A stretch of 64,000 bases of DNA from Syntrophales bacterium (GTDB taxonomy: Bacteria > Desulfobacterota > Syntrophia > Syntrophales > UBA6807), in contig JAXGPA010000001.1 of assembly GCA_040767195.1 (NCBI GenBank), positions 864,001-928,000 on the forward strand, written 5' to 3'. The notes under the pieces were generated by a model. The model ran no database searches. It saw nothing but the letters and a program-made list of their open reading frames with translations, and was not told the DNA's origin. Both the position numbers and the translations under genes were made by a program. Shown here piece by piece: positions 1 through 8,150 of the stretch (position 1 is its first letter; each line of letters begins with the position of its first letter).

Positions 1-1
1 G

Positions 2-889
2 GCGAAGTTTCCTAAAAAGCCCCTGACCTACGTCATCTGCTTCAACCCCGGCGGGGAATCGGACATCACCGCCCGGATCCAGCAAAAGCCCCTTGAAAAG
101 GTTCTCGGTGTTCCCGTGGTCGTCGTATACAAGGCCGGCGGCGGCGGCGCCGTGGGCTGGTCGGAGATGATGCGGACGGCGCCCGACGGCTACACCGTTT
201 ACGGCACCAATCTCCCCCACACCATCGTGCAGCCCATGACCCGGGGAAACACCGGCTATGAAACGGAAAAAATCGAAAACGTGTACTTTTTCGAGTTCAC
301 CCCCAACATCCTGGCGGTGAAAGCGGACAGCCCCATCAAAACGGTTCAGGATTTCGTCGAATTCGCCAAAAAAACCCCGGGGACCACGGTGGGGGGAAGC
401 GGCGAGCCGTCGGCGAACAGCCTGGGCACGGCCGCCTTCGCCAAGCTGACGGACACGAAGCTGACCTATATTTCCTTCACCGGTACCGGGGCCGCCGTTC
501 CCGCCCTCCTGGGAGGCCACGTGGTGGCCCTCATGACCTACACCTCCATGGCCGCCGAGTATCCCGACAAGATCCGGGCCCTGGCCGTGGCGGCGGACAA
601 GCGGGCCAACGCGCTGCCTGATGTGCCGACGTTCAAGGAACTGGGGTATGATTACGTGGAAGGCGCCTACCGGGGCGTGGCCGTTCCCCCGGGAACACCG
701 GACGATATCAAGAAAGTCCTGCAGGATGCCTTCGCGCAGGTGAACCAGGATTCCGGGGTGATCAAGAAGATGGAGGACCTGGGCTTCATCATGGAAGACT
801 ACGGCGAGGAAGCCTCCCGGGCCCTGGTGAAGAAACTGTCGGTATATTATGAAAATCTGTTGAAGGACCTGGGCCTTCTGAAAAAATAG
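2..889 (+). CDS. tctC: Tripartite tricarboxylate transporter substrate-binding protein (TctC/Bug family), 5'-truncated by window edge
   Basis: Frame open from base 2 (AKFPKKPLTYVICFNPGGESDITAR...); Bug-family motifs PGG.sD..AR, AGGGGAVG, PDGYT, LPDVPTFKELG; followed by tctA and tctB. Confidence 0.9.
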   Translation, partial: AKFPKKPLTYVICFNPGGESDITARIQQKPLEKVLGVPVVVVYKAGGGGAVGWSEMMRTAPDGYTVYGTNLPHTIVQPMTRGNTGYETEKIENVYFFEFTPNILAVKADSPIKTVQDFVEFAKKTPGTTVGGSGEPSANSLGTAAFAKLTDTKLTYISFTGTGAAVPALLGGHVVALMTYTSMAAEYPDKIRALAVAADKRANALPDVPTFKELGYDYVEGAYRGVAVPPGTPDDIKKVLQDAFAQVNQDSGVIKKMEDLGFIMEDYGEEASRALVKKLSVYYENLLKDLGLLKK

Positions 890-958
890 AAGGCCCTGTG
901 ACAGGGAGAGACTGAGAAGACACCGGCCTGCAAGGCCGGCGGAGAAGGAGTCGAAACC

Positions 959-2473
959 GTGATAGAGGCCGTCGCCAACGCCTTCGGGCATATTCTCACC
1001 CTCAAGGTTCTTCTCATGATCCTCGCCGGGCTTTTCGGGGGGCTCATCTCGGGGGCGCTGCCGGGGCTGACCGCCACCATGGCGGTGGCCCTGCTCGTGC
1101 CCTTCACCTTCTCCATGGACCCCACGGAAGGTCTCATCGTTCTCGGGGCCATCTACATGGCCTGCATATACGGCGGGGCCTTCTCGGCCATCCTGGTGAA
1201 CACGCCGGGCACCCCTTCCTCCATCGGGACCACCTTCGACGGCTATCCCATGGCCAAAAAGGGGGAAGGGGAGAAGGCCATCCTCGTGGCCACTTTCGCC
1301 TCCGTCTACGGCGGCATCGTGGGGGTCATCTTTCTCCTCTTCCTGTCGCCGCCCCTGGCGAACGTGGCCCTTCGTTTCGGCCCGCCGGAGTACTTCTGGA
1401 TGGCCGTTTTCGGCGTCACCATCATCTCTTCCCTCGCCTCCAAAAACGTCCTCAAGGGCTTTCTCGGGGGGGCCATCGGCCTTCTCATCAGCACCATCGG
1501 CATCGCCCCCATCGGCGGGGATGTCCGGTTCACCGCCGGCTATCCCCCCCTCCAGGGGGGCATAGAACTCATCGTGGCCCTCATCGGCTTCTTCTGCATC
1601 CCCGAAGTCCTGACCATGGTCACGGAGCGGCAGAAAACCTTCCACATCGCCGAGACGGAACACCGCAAGGGTCTTCTCCTCAAAACGTTCGTGGACGTCA
1701 TGAGAAGGCAGGGGAACCTCCTGCGGTCCTCCATCATCGGGACGGTCGTCGGGATTCTCCCCGGCGCGGGGGGGAGCGTGGCGAACCTGGTGGCTTATAA
1801 CGAGGCCATCCGGGTTTCCAAGACGCCGGAAAAATTCGGGACAGGAGAAGTGGACGGCATCATCGCCACCGAGTCCTCCAACAACGCCGTCGTCGGGGGA
1901 GGGATCATTCCCCTCGTCACCCTGGGCATCCCAGGAGCCCCGCCGGACGCCATTCTCTACGGGGTGCTCCTCATCCATGGTCTCCGGCCGGGGCCGGAAC
2001 TCTTCTCCATGCACTCGGAAATCATCTTCACCTTCATCATGTCCCTCTTCGTCGCCACGATTCTCATGCTTCCCGTGGGGGTCATCTCGGGACGGCTCCT
2101 CCACAAGACGGTCGTTCGGATCCCCATCCGGTTTCTCGCGCCGGTCATCTTCTTCCTCACCATCATCGGCTCCTACGCCATCCGGAACAACATCACCGAT
2201 GTTTACATCATGCTCACCCTGGGGGTCATCGGCTACGCCCTCAAGCGCCTCGAATTCCATCCCGGCCCCATCACGCTGGGTCTCATTCTCGGGCCCATCG
2301 GGGAAATGGGCTTCGTCCAGGCCCTTCTCATGGGGCAGATGCTTCCCAACAAGTGGATGATCTTCTTCAACCGGCCCCTGTCGTGGGTCCTGATCATCCT
2401 TTCCCTTTTTTCCCTCTTCTGGCCCCTTTTCATCAAGAAAATCGCCAAAGGCTGGAAAATAAAGGAGATGTAA
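959..2473 (+). CDS. tctA: Tripartite tricarboxylate transporter permease TctA
   Basis: 504 aa, hydrophobic; GALPGL, YGG..SAILVNTPGTPSS, DGYPMAKKG, GILPGAGG, ESSNNA, LGIPG motifs. Confidence 0.95.
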   Translation: MIEAVANAFGHILTLKVLLMILAGLFGGLISGALPGLTATMAVALLVPFTFSMDPTEGLIVLGAIYMACIYGGAFSAILVNTPGTPSSIGTTFDGYPMAKKGEGEKAILVATFASVYGGIVGVIFLLFLSPPLANVALRFGPPEYFWMAVFGVTIISSLASKNVLKGFLGGAIGLLISTIGIAPIGGDVRFTAGYPPLQGGIELIVALIGFFCIPEVLTMVTERQKTFHIAETEHRKGLLLKTFVDVMRRQGNLLRSSIIGTVVGILPGAGGSVANLVAYNEAIRVSKTPEKFGTGEVDGIIATESSNNAVVGGGIIPLVTLGIPGAPPDAILYGVLLIHGLRPGPELFSMHSEIIFTFIMSLFVATILMLPVGVISGRLLHKTVVRIPIRFLAPVIFFLTIIGSYAIRNNITDVYIMLTLGVIGYALKRLEFHPGPITLGLILGPIGEMGFVQALLMGQMLPNKWMIFFNRPLSWVLIILSLFSLFWPLFIKKIAKGWKIKEM

Positions 2474-2476
2474 GCC

Positions 2477-2917
2477 ATGCAAGGAGACCGAGCCGCCGCC
2501 ATCGTCTTTATTCTCGTATCCGTCGTCTTCTGGACCCAGACGTCGGGTCTCCAGTACAACGGGGCCATCTTCCCACGGGCCATCATCGTCTTCATCATCC
2601 TGCTTTCCGTCGGCCTGTTCGTTCAGAAAACCGTCGGAAAAGGGGAAGAACAAAAGACCTTTCTCCCGCCGAACCTGGGCTATGTTCTTTTTTCCATCGT
2701 CATCGTCGCCCTGTGGATTTACTGTCTCGACATCCTGGGGTTCATCGTTTCGAGCATCCTCTTTCTTTCCATCCTGACGGTGGTCATCGATGTCAGGAAA
2801 ACGAGCCCTCTTGGGATCATCCAGGTCGTCGCCATCCATGCGGCCCTGGTGGGCGCCTTCTGGGTCACCTTTCACCTGTTTCTCCTTGTCCCCCTCCCGG
2901 AAGGCTATCTTATCTGA
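2477..2917 (+). CDS. tctB: Tripartite tricarboxylate transporter small subunit TctB
   Basis: 146 aa, about 4 TM segments, FP motif, LGF..S, C-terminal F..FL.VPLPEG; directly after tctA. Confidence 0.85.
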   Translation: MQGDRAAAIVFILVSVVFWTQTSGLQYNGAIFPRAIIVFIILLSVGLFVQKTVGKGEEQKTFLPPNLGYVLFSIVIVALWIYCLDILGFIVSSILFLSILTVVIDVRKTSPLGIIQVVAIHAALVGAFWVTFHLFLLVPLPEGYLI

Positions 2918-2938
2918 ACACGATGCAGGAGACGGATC

Positions 2939-3691
2939 ATGAAGCAGTTTTTCAGTTTTTTCATTTTTCTTCTTTTTCTTTTCGTTTTGTGGAAAGTCCT
3001 CTCCCTTGCCTTCAGAATCCATGAAGGCATGGAGCTTGCGGGGCGAAGCGAGCCCTTTGCCCAGGCTCCCAGCCGGGCTGTTCTCACCATGGCCGTCGTC
3101 GGCGACAGTACCGCCGTGGGAACGGGGGTGACCAACCCCGCTTTTTCCGTCGCCGGCCGCATCGCCCGGGACTATCCCGCCGTGACGATTCGGAACCTCG
3201 GAAATGACGGGGAAAGATTTGAAGAGGTGGTCACACAGCTGGAAAAACTTCCCGACGGAAAATTCGACATTCTCCTCATCCAGGCGGGGGGCAACGACAT
3301 TCTCCGGTTCACACCCCTGGAAAGACTGGAACGGAAAGTCAGCGAGGTCCTCCATACAGCCCGGAAAAAAGGCCGCCATGTCTTTTTCATGAGCACCGGA
3401 AACGTGGGCCTCGCCCCCGCCTTCTTTGCCCCTATAAGCTGGATTTACGAGGAAAGAACCCGGAAGGCACGACGTATTTTCATAAGCGAGTCCAGCAGTC
3501 AGGGCGTGGAATACGTTGACCTCTTCCGGGAGCGCTCGGAGGACCCCTTCACGAAAGACCCCGAAAAATATTACGCTCCCGACATGCTGCACCCGTCAGA
3601 CGAGGGATACGGCCTGTGGTATGAAGAACTCATGAGGCAGACGCCCCTTTCTTCCCTTCTCTGGAAAGCGGAGCGGTCCCTGAATCCCTGA
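2939..3691 (+). CDS. SGNH/GDSL hydrolase family protein
   Basis: N-terminal membrane anchor; VVGDSTAVG (block I), GGND (block III), DMLHP (block V). Confidence 0.9.
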   Translation: MKQFFSFFIFLLFLFVLWKVLSLAFRIHEGMELAGRSEPFAQAPSRAVLTMAVVGDSTAVGTGVTNPAFSVAGRIARDYPAVTIRNLGNDGERFEEVVTQLEKLPDGKFDILLIQAGGNDILRFTPLERLERKVSEVLHTARKKGRHVFFMSTGNVGLAPAFFAPISWIYEERTRKARRIFISESSSQGVEYVDLFRERSEDPFTKDPEKYYAPDMLHPSDEGYGLWYEELMRQTPLSSLLWKAERSLNP

Positions 3692-3766
3692 AAATCAGGC
3701 CGGCAAACCCGGGGCTTCCCTCGGCACCCATGGCGCCGGCGCCCATGAAACAGGAAAGGACAACCC

Positions 3767-4549
3767 ATGGAAAAACTGAAAGATAAAACGGCCATCGTCA
3801 CCGGCGGCGGAACGGGCATCGGTTACGCCATAGCCAGGCGCTTTCATGAAGAGGGGGCCCACGTGGTCATCTGCGGGAGGCGCCTCGAAAAACTCAAGAA
3901 GGCCTCTTCGGCCATCACGCCGGCGGGGGAACGGGTTCTTGCCGTCAAGGCCGATGTCACCTCGGAAAAAGACATCGGGAAAGTCGTCCGCGCGGCGGCG
4001 GCCGAAACGGGGGGGATCGACGTCCTCGTGAACAACGCGGGGCTGATGCGCTTCGGGAAACTGGAGGAGGCGGGACCCGACTCGTGGGATCTCATGATGA
4101 CCACAAACGCGTGGGCTCCCTGGCGTTTCATGGTGGCCGTTCTGCCCGAGATGCGCAAGAGAGGCGGCGGAGCCATCGTGAATATCTCTTCCATCGCCGG
4201 GATCCGGACCCTCCCCGGCGCCGGCGTTTACTGCGCCTCCAAGGCGGCCCTCCAGGCGGTAACCCAGGTTCTGGCCATGGAAACGGCCCCCGATGGAATC
4301 CGGGTCAACGCCCTTTGCCCCGCCGTCGTGGAAGACACCGAGCTGGCCGACCCCATCTTCGGGCCGGAAAAGGTCTCGAATTTCTACGACACCATGCGCC
4401 CCCTTCATCCCCTGGGAAGAAACGGGAAACCATCGGACATCGCCGAAGCCGCCCTTTTCCTCGCTTCACAGGACAGCGCGTGGATTACGGGCGTTCTGCT
4501 TTCCGTGGACGGGGGACGGCACATGGCGACGAACCGGCCGATCATCTGA
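3767..4549 (+). CDS. SDR family NAD(P)-dependent oxidoreductase
   Basis: TGGGTGIG, NNAG, NISS, YCASK catalytic motif, VDGG. Confidence 0.93.
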   Translation: MEKLKDKTAIVTGGGTGIGYAIARRFHEEGAHVVICGRRLEKLKKASSAITPAGERVLAVKADVTSEKDIGKVVRAAAAETGGIDVLVNNAGLMRFGKLEEAGPDSWDLMMTTNAWAPWRFMVAVLPEMRKRGGGAIVNISSIAGIRTLPGAGVYCASKAALQAVTQVLAMETAPDGIRVNALCPAVVEDTELADPIFGPEKVSNFYDTMRPLHPLGRNGKPSDIAEAALFLASQDSAWITGVLLSVDGGRHMATNRPII

Positions 4550-4573
4550 CGGGCCGCGGGGGCGAGGGTGAAC

Positions 4574-5398
4574 TCACCTTTCGCCGGGGTCATGACGGAT
4601 GAGAACGTCTCTCCCGGAGAGGGGACAGGTAAAACGAAGGGAAAAGGCCCTGACCTCGAGACCCTCCCGGTTCTTGTTTCCCCGGCCGTACCGGGGATCG
4701 CCCAGGACGGGGCATCCGACGGCCTCGAAATGGCGCCTGATCTGGTGAAGGCGGCCGGTCCACAGGGTGACCTCGAGTTCTGAAACGTTTCTGGCGCCGT
4801 CATAGGCAATGACCTGGAAATCCGTCCGGGCCTCCTTTCCGTCCAGCGGCCGTTCGATGGTCCTCTTTTCTCCCACGGCAGCCGGGCTTCCCAGGACTTT
4901 CACGCGGTAACGCTTCTCCAACGCTTTTTCCCGGAAAAGGCCTGAAAGGGCGGCGGCGGCCTTCCTTGTGTGTCCCAAAAGAACAAGCCCCGAGGCTTCC
5001 CGGTCCAGGCGATGGACCAGGTAGATCGGGCGCCTTCCCCGGAAGTGACGTTCCGCCTGCCGTTCCAGGGAGCAGTGATCACCCCAGGGGGATCCCTGGG
5101 TCATGAGGCCCGAGGGCTTGAACCACACGGTATATTCCCGCCGGTCCTCCACGAGGTCAGCCGCCGGGGGAATGCGGGCGAGGATGTCCCGGTCGTAATA
5201 AAAGGCGACTTCGTCGCCCGGTCCGATGGCCGTGTCCATCTTTCGCAGGCGGATCCATTTTTGTCCCCTTCGTTTCAGCCGGAACGCCCCTTTTAAAAGG
5301 GCATCCTGAATCACCGAAAGAGGAAGGCCGCTTTTCCGGGCGAGAAAGTCCCCGGCCGGTGCTCCCTCCCCGGGCTTCACGATTTCCCGAAGGACCAT
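4574..5398 (-). CDS. RluA family pseudouridine synthase
   Basis: C-terminal part of the 4574..6568 ORF: KPSGL, VHRLDREASG, TGRLHQIRRH, GCPVLGDPRYG. Start placed at ATG 5398 after AGGGAAAAGG (alternative 5425). Confidence 0.88.
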   Translation of the reverse strand: MVLREIVKPGEGAPAGDFLARKSGLPLSVIQDALLKGAFRLKRRGQKWIRLRKMDTAIGPGDEVAFYYDRDILARIPPAADLVEDRREYTVWFKPSGLMTQGSPWGDHCSLERQAERHFRGRRPIYLVHRLDREASGLVLLGHTRKAAAALSGLFREKALEKRYRVKVLGSPAAVGEKRTIERPLDGKEARTDFQVIAYDGARNVSELEVTLWTGRLHQIRRHFEAVGCPVLGDPRYGRGNKNREGLEVRAFSLRFTCPLSGRDVLIRHDPGER

Positions 5399-5415
5399 TT
5401 CCTTTTCCCTCGCCG

Positions 5416-6483
5416 TTAGAGCCATTTTTTTCTCCGGAAATAGACGACCATCGTCCCGACGACGACGAGAATGACGAGCCAGACGGCGCCGTATCCCCAC
5501 TTCCAGTCCAGCTCGGGCATGTATTTGAAATTCATGCCGTAAATGCCCGCGATAAAGGTGACGGGGATGAAAAGCGTGGCGATGATGGTCAGGACCTTCA
5601 TGACCTCGTTCATCCGGTTGCTCAAGCTGGAGAGATAGAGGTCCATGAGGCCCGAAACCAGATCGTGAAAAGTCTCGACGGAATCGATAACCTGGATGGT
5701 GTGATCGTAAAGATCCCGGAGATAGGCCTGGGTGGATTCCCTGATGAGGTCCAGTTCCTCGCGAATCAGGACGTTGACGATCTCCCGCATGGGACGGACG
5801 GATTTTCTGAGGAACACCATGTCCTTCTTGAGGTCGTGGATGGCATTCATCATTTCCCTCGTCGGATTGCCGGCCAGATCCTCCTCCAGTTCCTCGATCC
5901 GGTCCCCCAGATATTCCAGGACCGGGAAATAATGATCCACGATGGTATCCAGGATGGTGTAGGCCAGGAAGTCGGCTCCCATCTTCCGCAGGCGCCCCCG
6001 CCCGGTCCGGATCCGGTTGCGGAGAGGCTCGAAAATGTCCCCGACTTTTTCCTGGAAGGAGATCACCCACGTCGGACCGAGGAGGAGGCTCAACTGTTCC
6101 GCTTCGATTTCCCCTGTTTCCCTGTTTCGGAAGAGCATCTTCCCGATGATCAGCACGTGTTCCTCGAAATTCTCGACCTTGGGATACTGGTTCGTGTTCA
6201 TGACGTCTTCCAGGACGAGGGGATGGATGTGAAAATGCCGTCCGATTTTTTCCATAACCTCCGGCGAGTGAACCCCGTCCACGTTGATCCAGGAAACCGA
6301 TGGCGTGTCCCGGAAGGGGAAACACGCTTCCACGGCATGGACCGTCTCTTCCCGGTAACCATCCCCGTCGTAGTCGAGGACGGTGATCCTGACCGCCTCC
6401 GTCCTCGACTCCCCCACGTGAACGAGAGATCCCGGCGGGAGCCCCACTTTCCTTGAAATGGCACCGCTGAACAATTTTTTCAT
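5416..6483 (-). CDS. corA: Magnesium/cobalt transporter CorA
   Basis: GLPPGSL N-terminus, HPLVLED, YLRDLYDH, GIYGMNF signature and MPEL. Confidence 0.96.
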   Translation of the reverse strand: MKKLFSGAISRKVGLPPGSLVHVGESRTEAVRITVLDYDGDGYREETVHAVEACFPFRDTPSVSWINVDGVHSPEVMEKIGRHFHIHPLVLEDVMNTNQYPKVENFEEHVLIIGKMLFRNRETGEIEAEQLSLLLGPTWVISFQEKVGDIFEPLRNRIRTGRGRLRKMGADFLAYTILDTIVDHYFPVLEYLGDRIEELEEDLAGNPTREMMNAIHDLKKDMVFLRKSVRPMREIVNVLIREELDLIRESTQAYLRDLYDHTIQVIDSVETFHDLVSGLMDLYLSSLSNRMNEVMKVLTIIATLFIPVTFIAGIYGMNFKYMPELDWKWGYGAVWLVILVVVGTMVVYFRRKKWL

Positions 6484-6500
6484 GACCCGTTCTCCCGGCC

Positions 6501-8117
6501 TCAGCCTTTATCGACGGCAGGATGAAGCCGATTATCCTCCACCGTGATCGTGAGAGGTCTCCGGTCATCCTGAGCCAGATAGGTCGTCGTCGTCGGGAAG
6601 GCGAATTCGATCCCCTCGGCCTCGAAGGCCCGCATGATCCGAAAATTCACCTTTTCCGAAAATTCCATGAACTTCCAGTAATCGGGGGGGGAATACCAGT
6701 AATACGCCAGGATGTTCAGGGACGTGTCGTTGAACTCGCTGAAGAAGGCCTTCGGCGGGTAGTCGGGGTGCATCCCCTCGTGGTCCCGCAGCGTTTCGCG
6801 GACGATCTCCAGGGCCTTTTCCACCTTGTCCGGCGGGGTGTCATAGGTGATGGTCAGGTTCATGACACGGCGGATGCTCGGCCGGCTCCCCACGTTCTCA
6901 ATGTTCCCCGCCGCCATTTTTTCATTGGGGACGGTCACCAGGTGCCCGTCGAAGGTGCGGATCCGGGTGCTCCGGAAACCCACGTCCTCCACGTAGCCGT
7001 CGATTCCCTCAGCGACGATGCGTTCCCCCACGATAAAGGGCTTGTCGAGCATGATCATGAGGCTCCCGAAAAGGTTTTTCAGGGTGTCCTGGGCGGCCAG
7101 GGCGAAGGCGAGGCCACCGATCCCGAGCCCGGCGAGGATGGCGTTCATGGGTTTGCCCGTCAGGGCCTGGAGGATGTAAACGGCCCCCAGGACGACGACG
7201 AGTATCTTGGAGGTCATCCGGATGAACTGGATGATGTTCCGGTCGAGCTTGCTGTCTTTCCGCCGGGCCATCCGGTTCAGTTCGAATTCGAGGACAGCGA
7301 GGAGACGATAGACGAAAAGGACGACCGCCAGTGTCGCCAGAACGTCCACCGCCGTTTTCAAAAGCCCGACGGCGGCGTCAGGAAGGGAAATCAGGGCATA
7401 AACGGCATAGACGGCGATGGCGAAAAGAAGAATCTTCATGGGCCTGGAGGCGGCCTCGAAAACCAGCCTGACCCGCATGGCCTCCTCTTTTTCCCCCAGG
7501 CCGTTCACCATGCCGCCGAGGAAGCGACCGAGCAGCCGCCCCCCCAGGTAAAGTCCCGCCAGGATGATCGCGAGGAAGCCATACCGGAGCCACGAGGAGT
7601 GAAAAAACCAGTCGGGAAAGAGGTGCTTCTGGCTGACGAGGAAAAGGGCGGCCACCAGGAGAACCGCCAGGATCCGGAAAACCGTCTTCACAGTCGCCAC
7701 TCTCTGCTCGGAGATGTTTTTTTGAATTCTCTGGGGAAGAAAAACAAGGACCCCGTCGAGAAGGGAGATGACCTGAAACAGGAACAGGATCGACGCCAGG
7801 GCAAAGAGAAAGGCTTCGAAACCATGGATGAGAAGGACCAGGTCCCCGGGGAGGCGGAGGGGTGTTTCCGCCGCCCTAAGGAGAAGCGCCACGACGGCGA
7901 CCCGCACAGACGGCCGGAAACCCTGGATCACGGAAACCCATTTTTCTCCCCCCTTGTCGAGGAAGTAACGGTTCGCTCTTCGCCTGCCGTATTCGAGAGC
8001 CAGGATACCGAGCCCGAGAATGAGCACGGACAGGCCGAACTGCCAGATTTCATTGCCGGCGGCGGCGGTTTTAAGGTGCTGGACCCACTGGTCGAGGATA
8101 TCCCTGAAATTCTGCAT
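6501..8117 (-). CDS. Small-conductance mechanosensitive channel (MscS family) with extended N-terminal TM region
   Basis: GIGGLAFALAAQDTLKNLFG, DKPF.VGE, G.RST.IRT.DG, VPN, GIEFAFPT. Confidence 0.92.
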   Translation of the reverse strand: MQNFRDILDQWVQHLKTAAAGNEIWQFGLSVLILGLGILALEYGRRRANRYFLDKGGEKWVSVIQGFRPSVRVAVVALLLRAAETPLRLPGDLVLLIHGFEAFLFALASILFLFQVISLLDGVLVFLPQRIQKNISEQRVATVKTVFRILAVLLVAALFLVSQKHLFPDWFFHSSWLRYGFLAIILAGLYLGGRLLGRFLGGMVNGLGEKEEAMRVRLVFEAASRPMKILLFAIAVYAVYALISLPDAAVGLLKTAVDVLATLAVVLFVYRLLAVLEFELNRMARRKDSKLDRNIIQFIRMTSKILVVVLGAVYILQALTGKPMNAILAGLGIGGLAFALAAQDTLKNLFGSLMIMLDKPFIVGERIVAEGIDGYVEDVGFRSTRIRTFDGHLVTVPNEKMAAGNIENVGSRPSIRRVMNLTITYDTPPDKVEKALEIVRETLRDHEGMHPDYPPKAFFSEFNDTSLNILAYYWYSPPDYWKFMEFSEKVNFRIMRAFEAEGIEFAFPTTTTYLAQDDRRPLTITVEDNRLHPAVDKG

Positions 8118-8150
8118 GACGCACCTCCAAATGTCTTTTCACGCCCACCG

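Noticed and set aside
4574..6568. 664-aa ORF suggesting an RluA protein with a long N-terminal extension
   Set aside because: The N-terminal part is an alternative frame over corA; RluA-like sequence begins near 5398-5425
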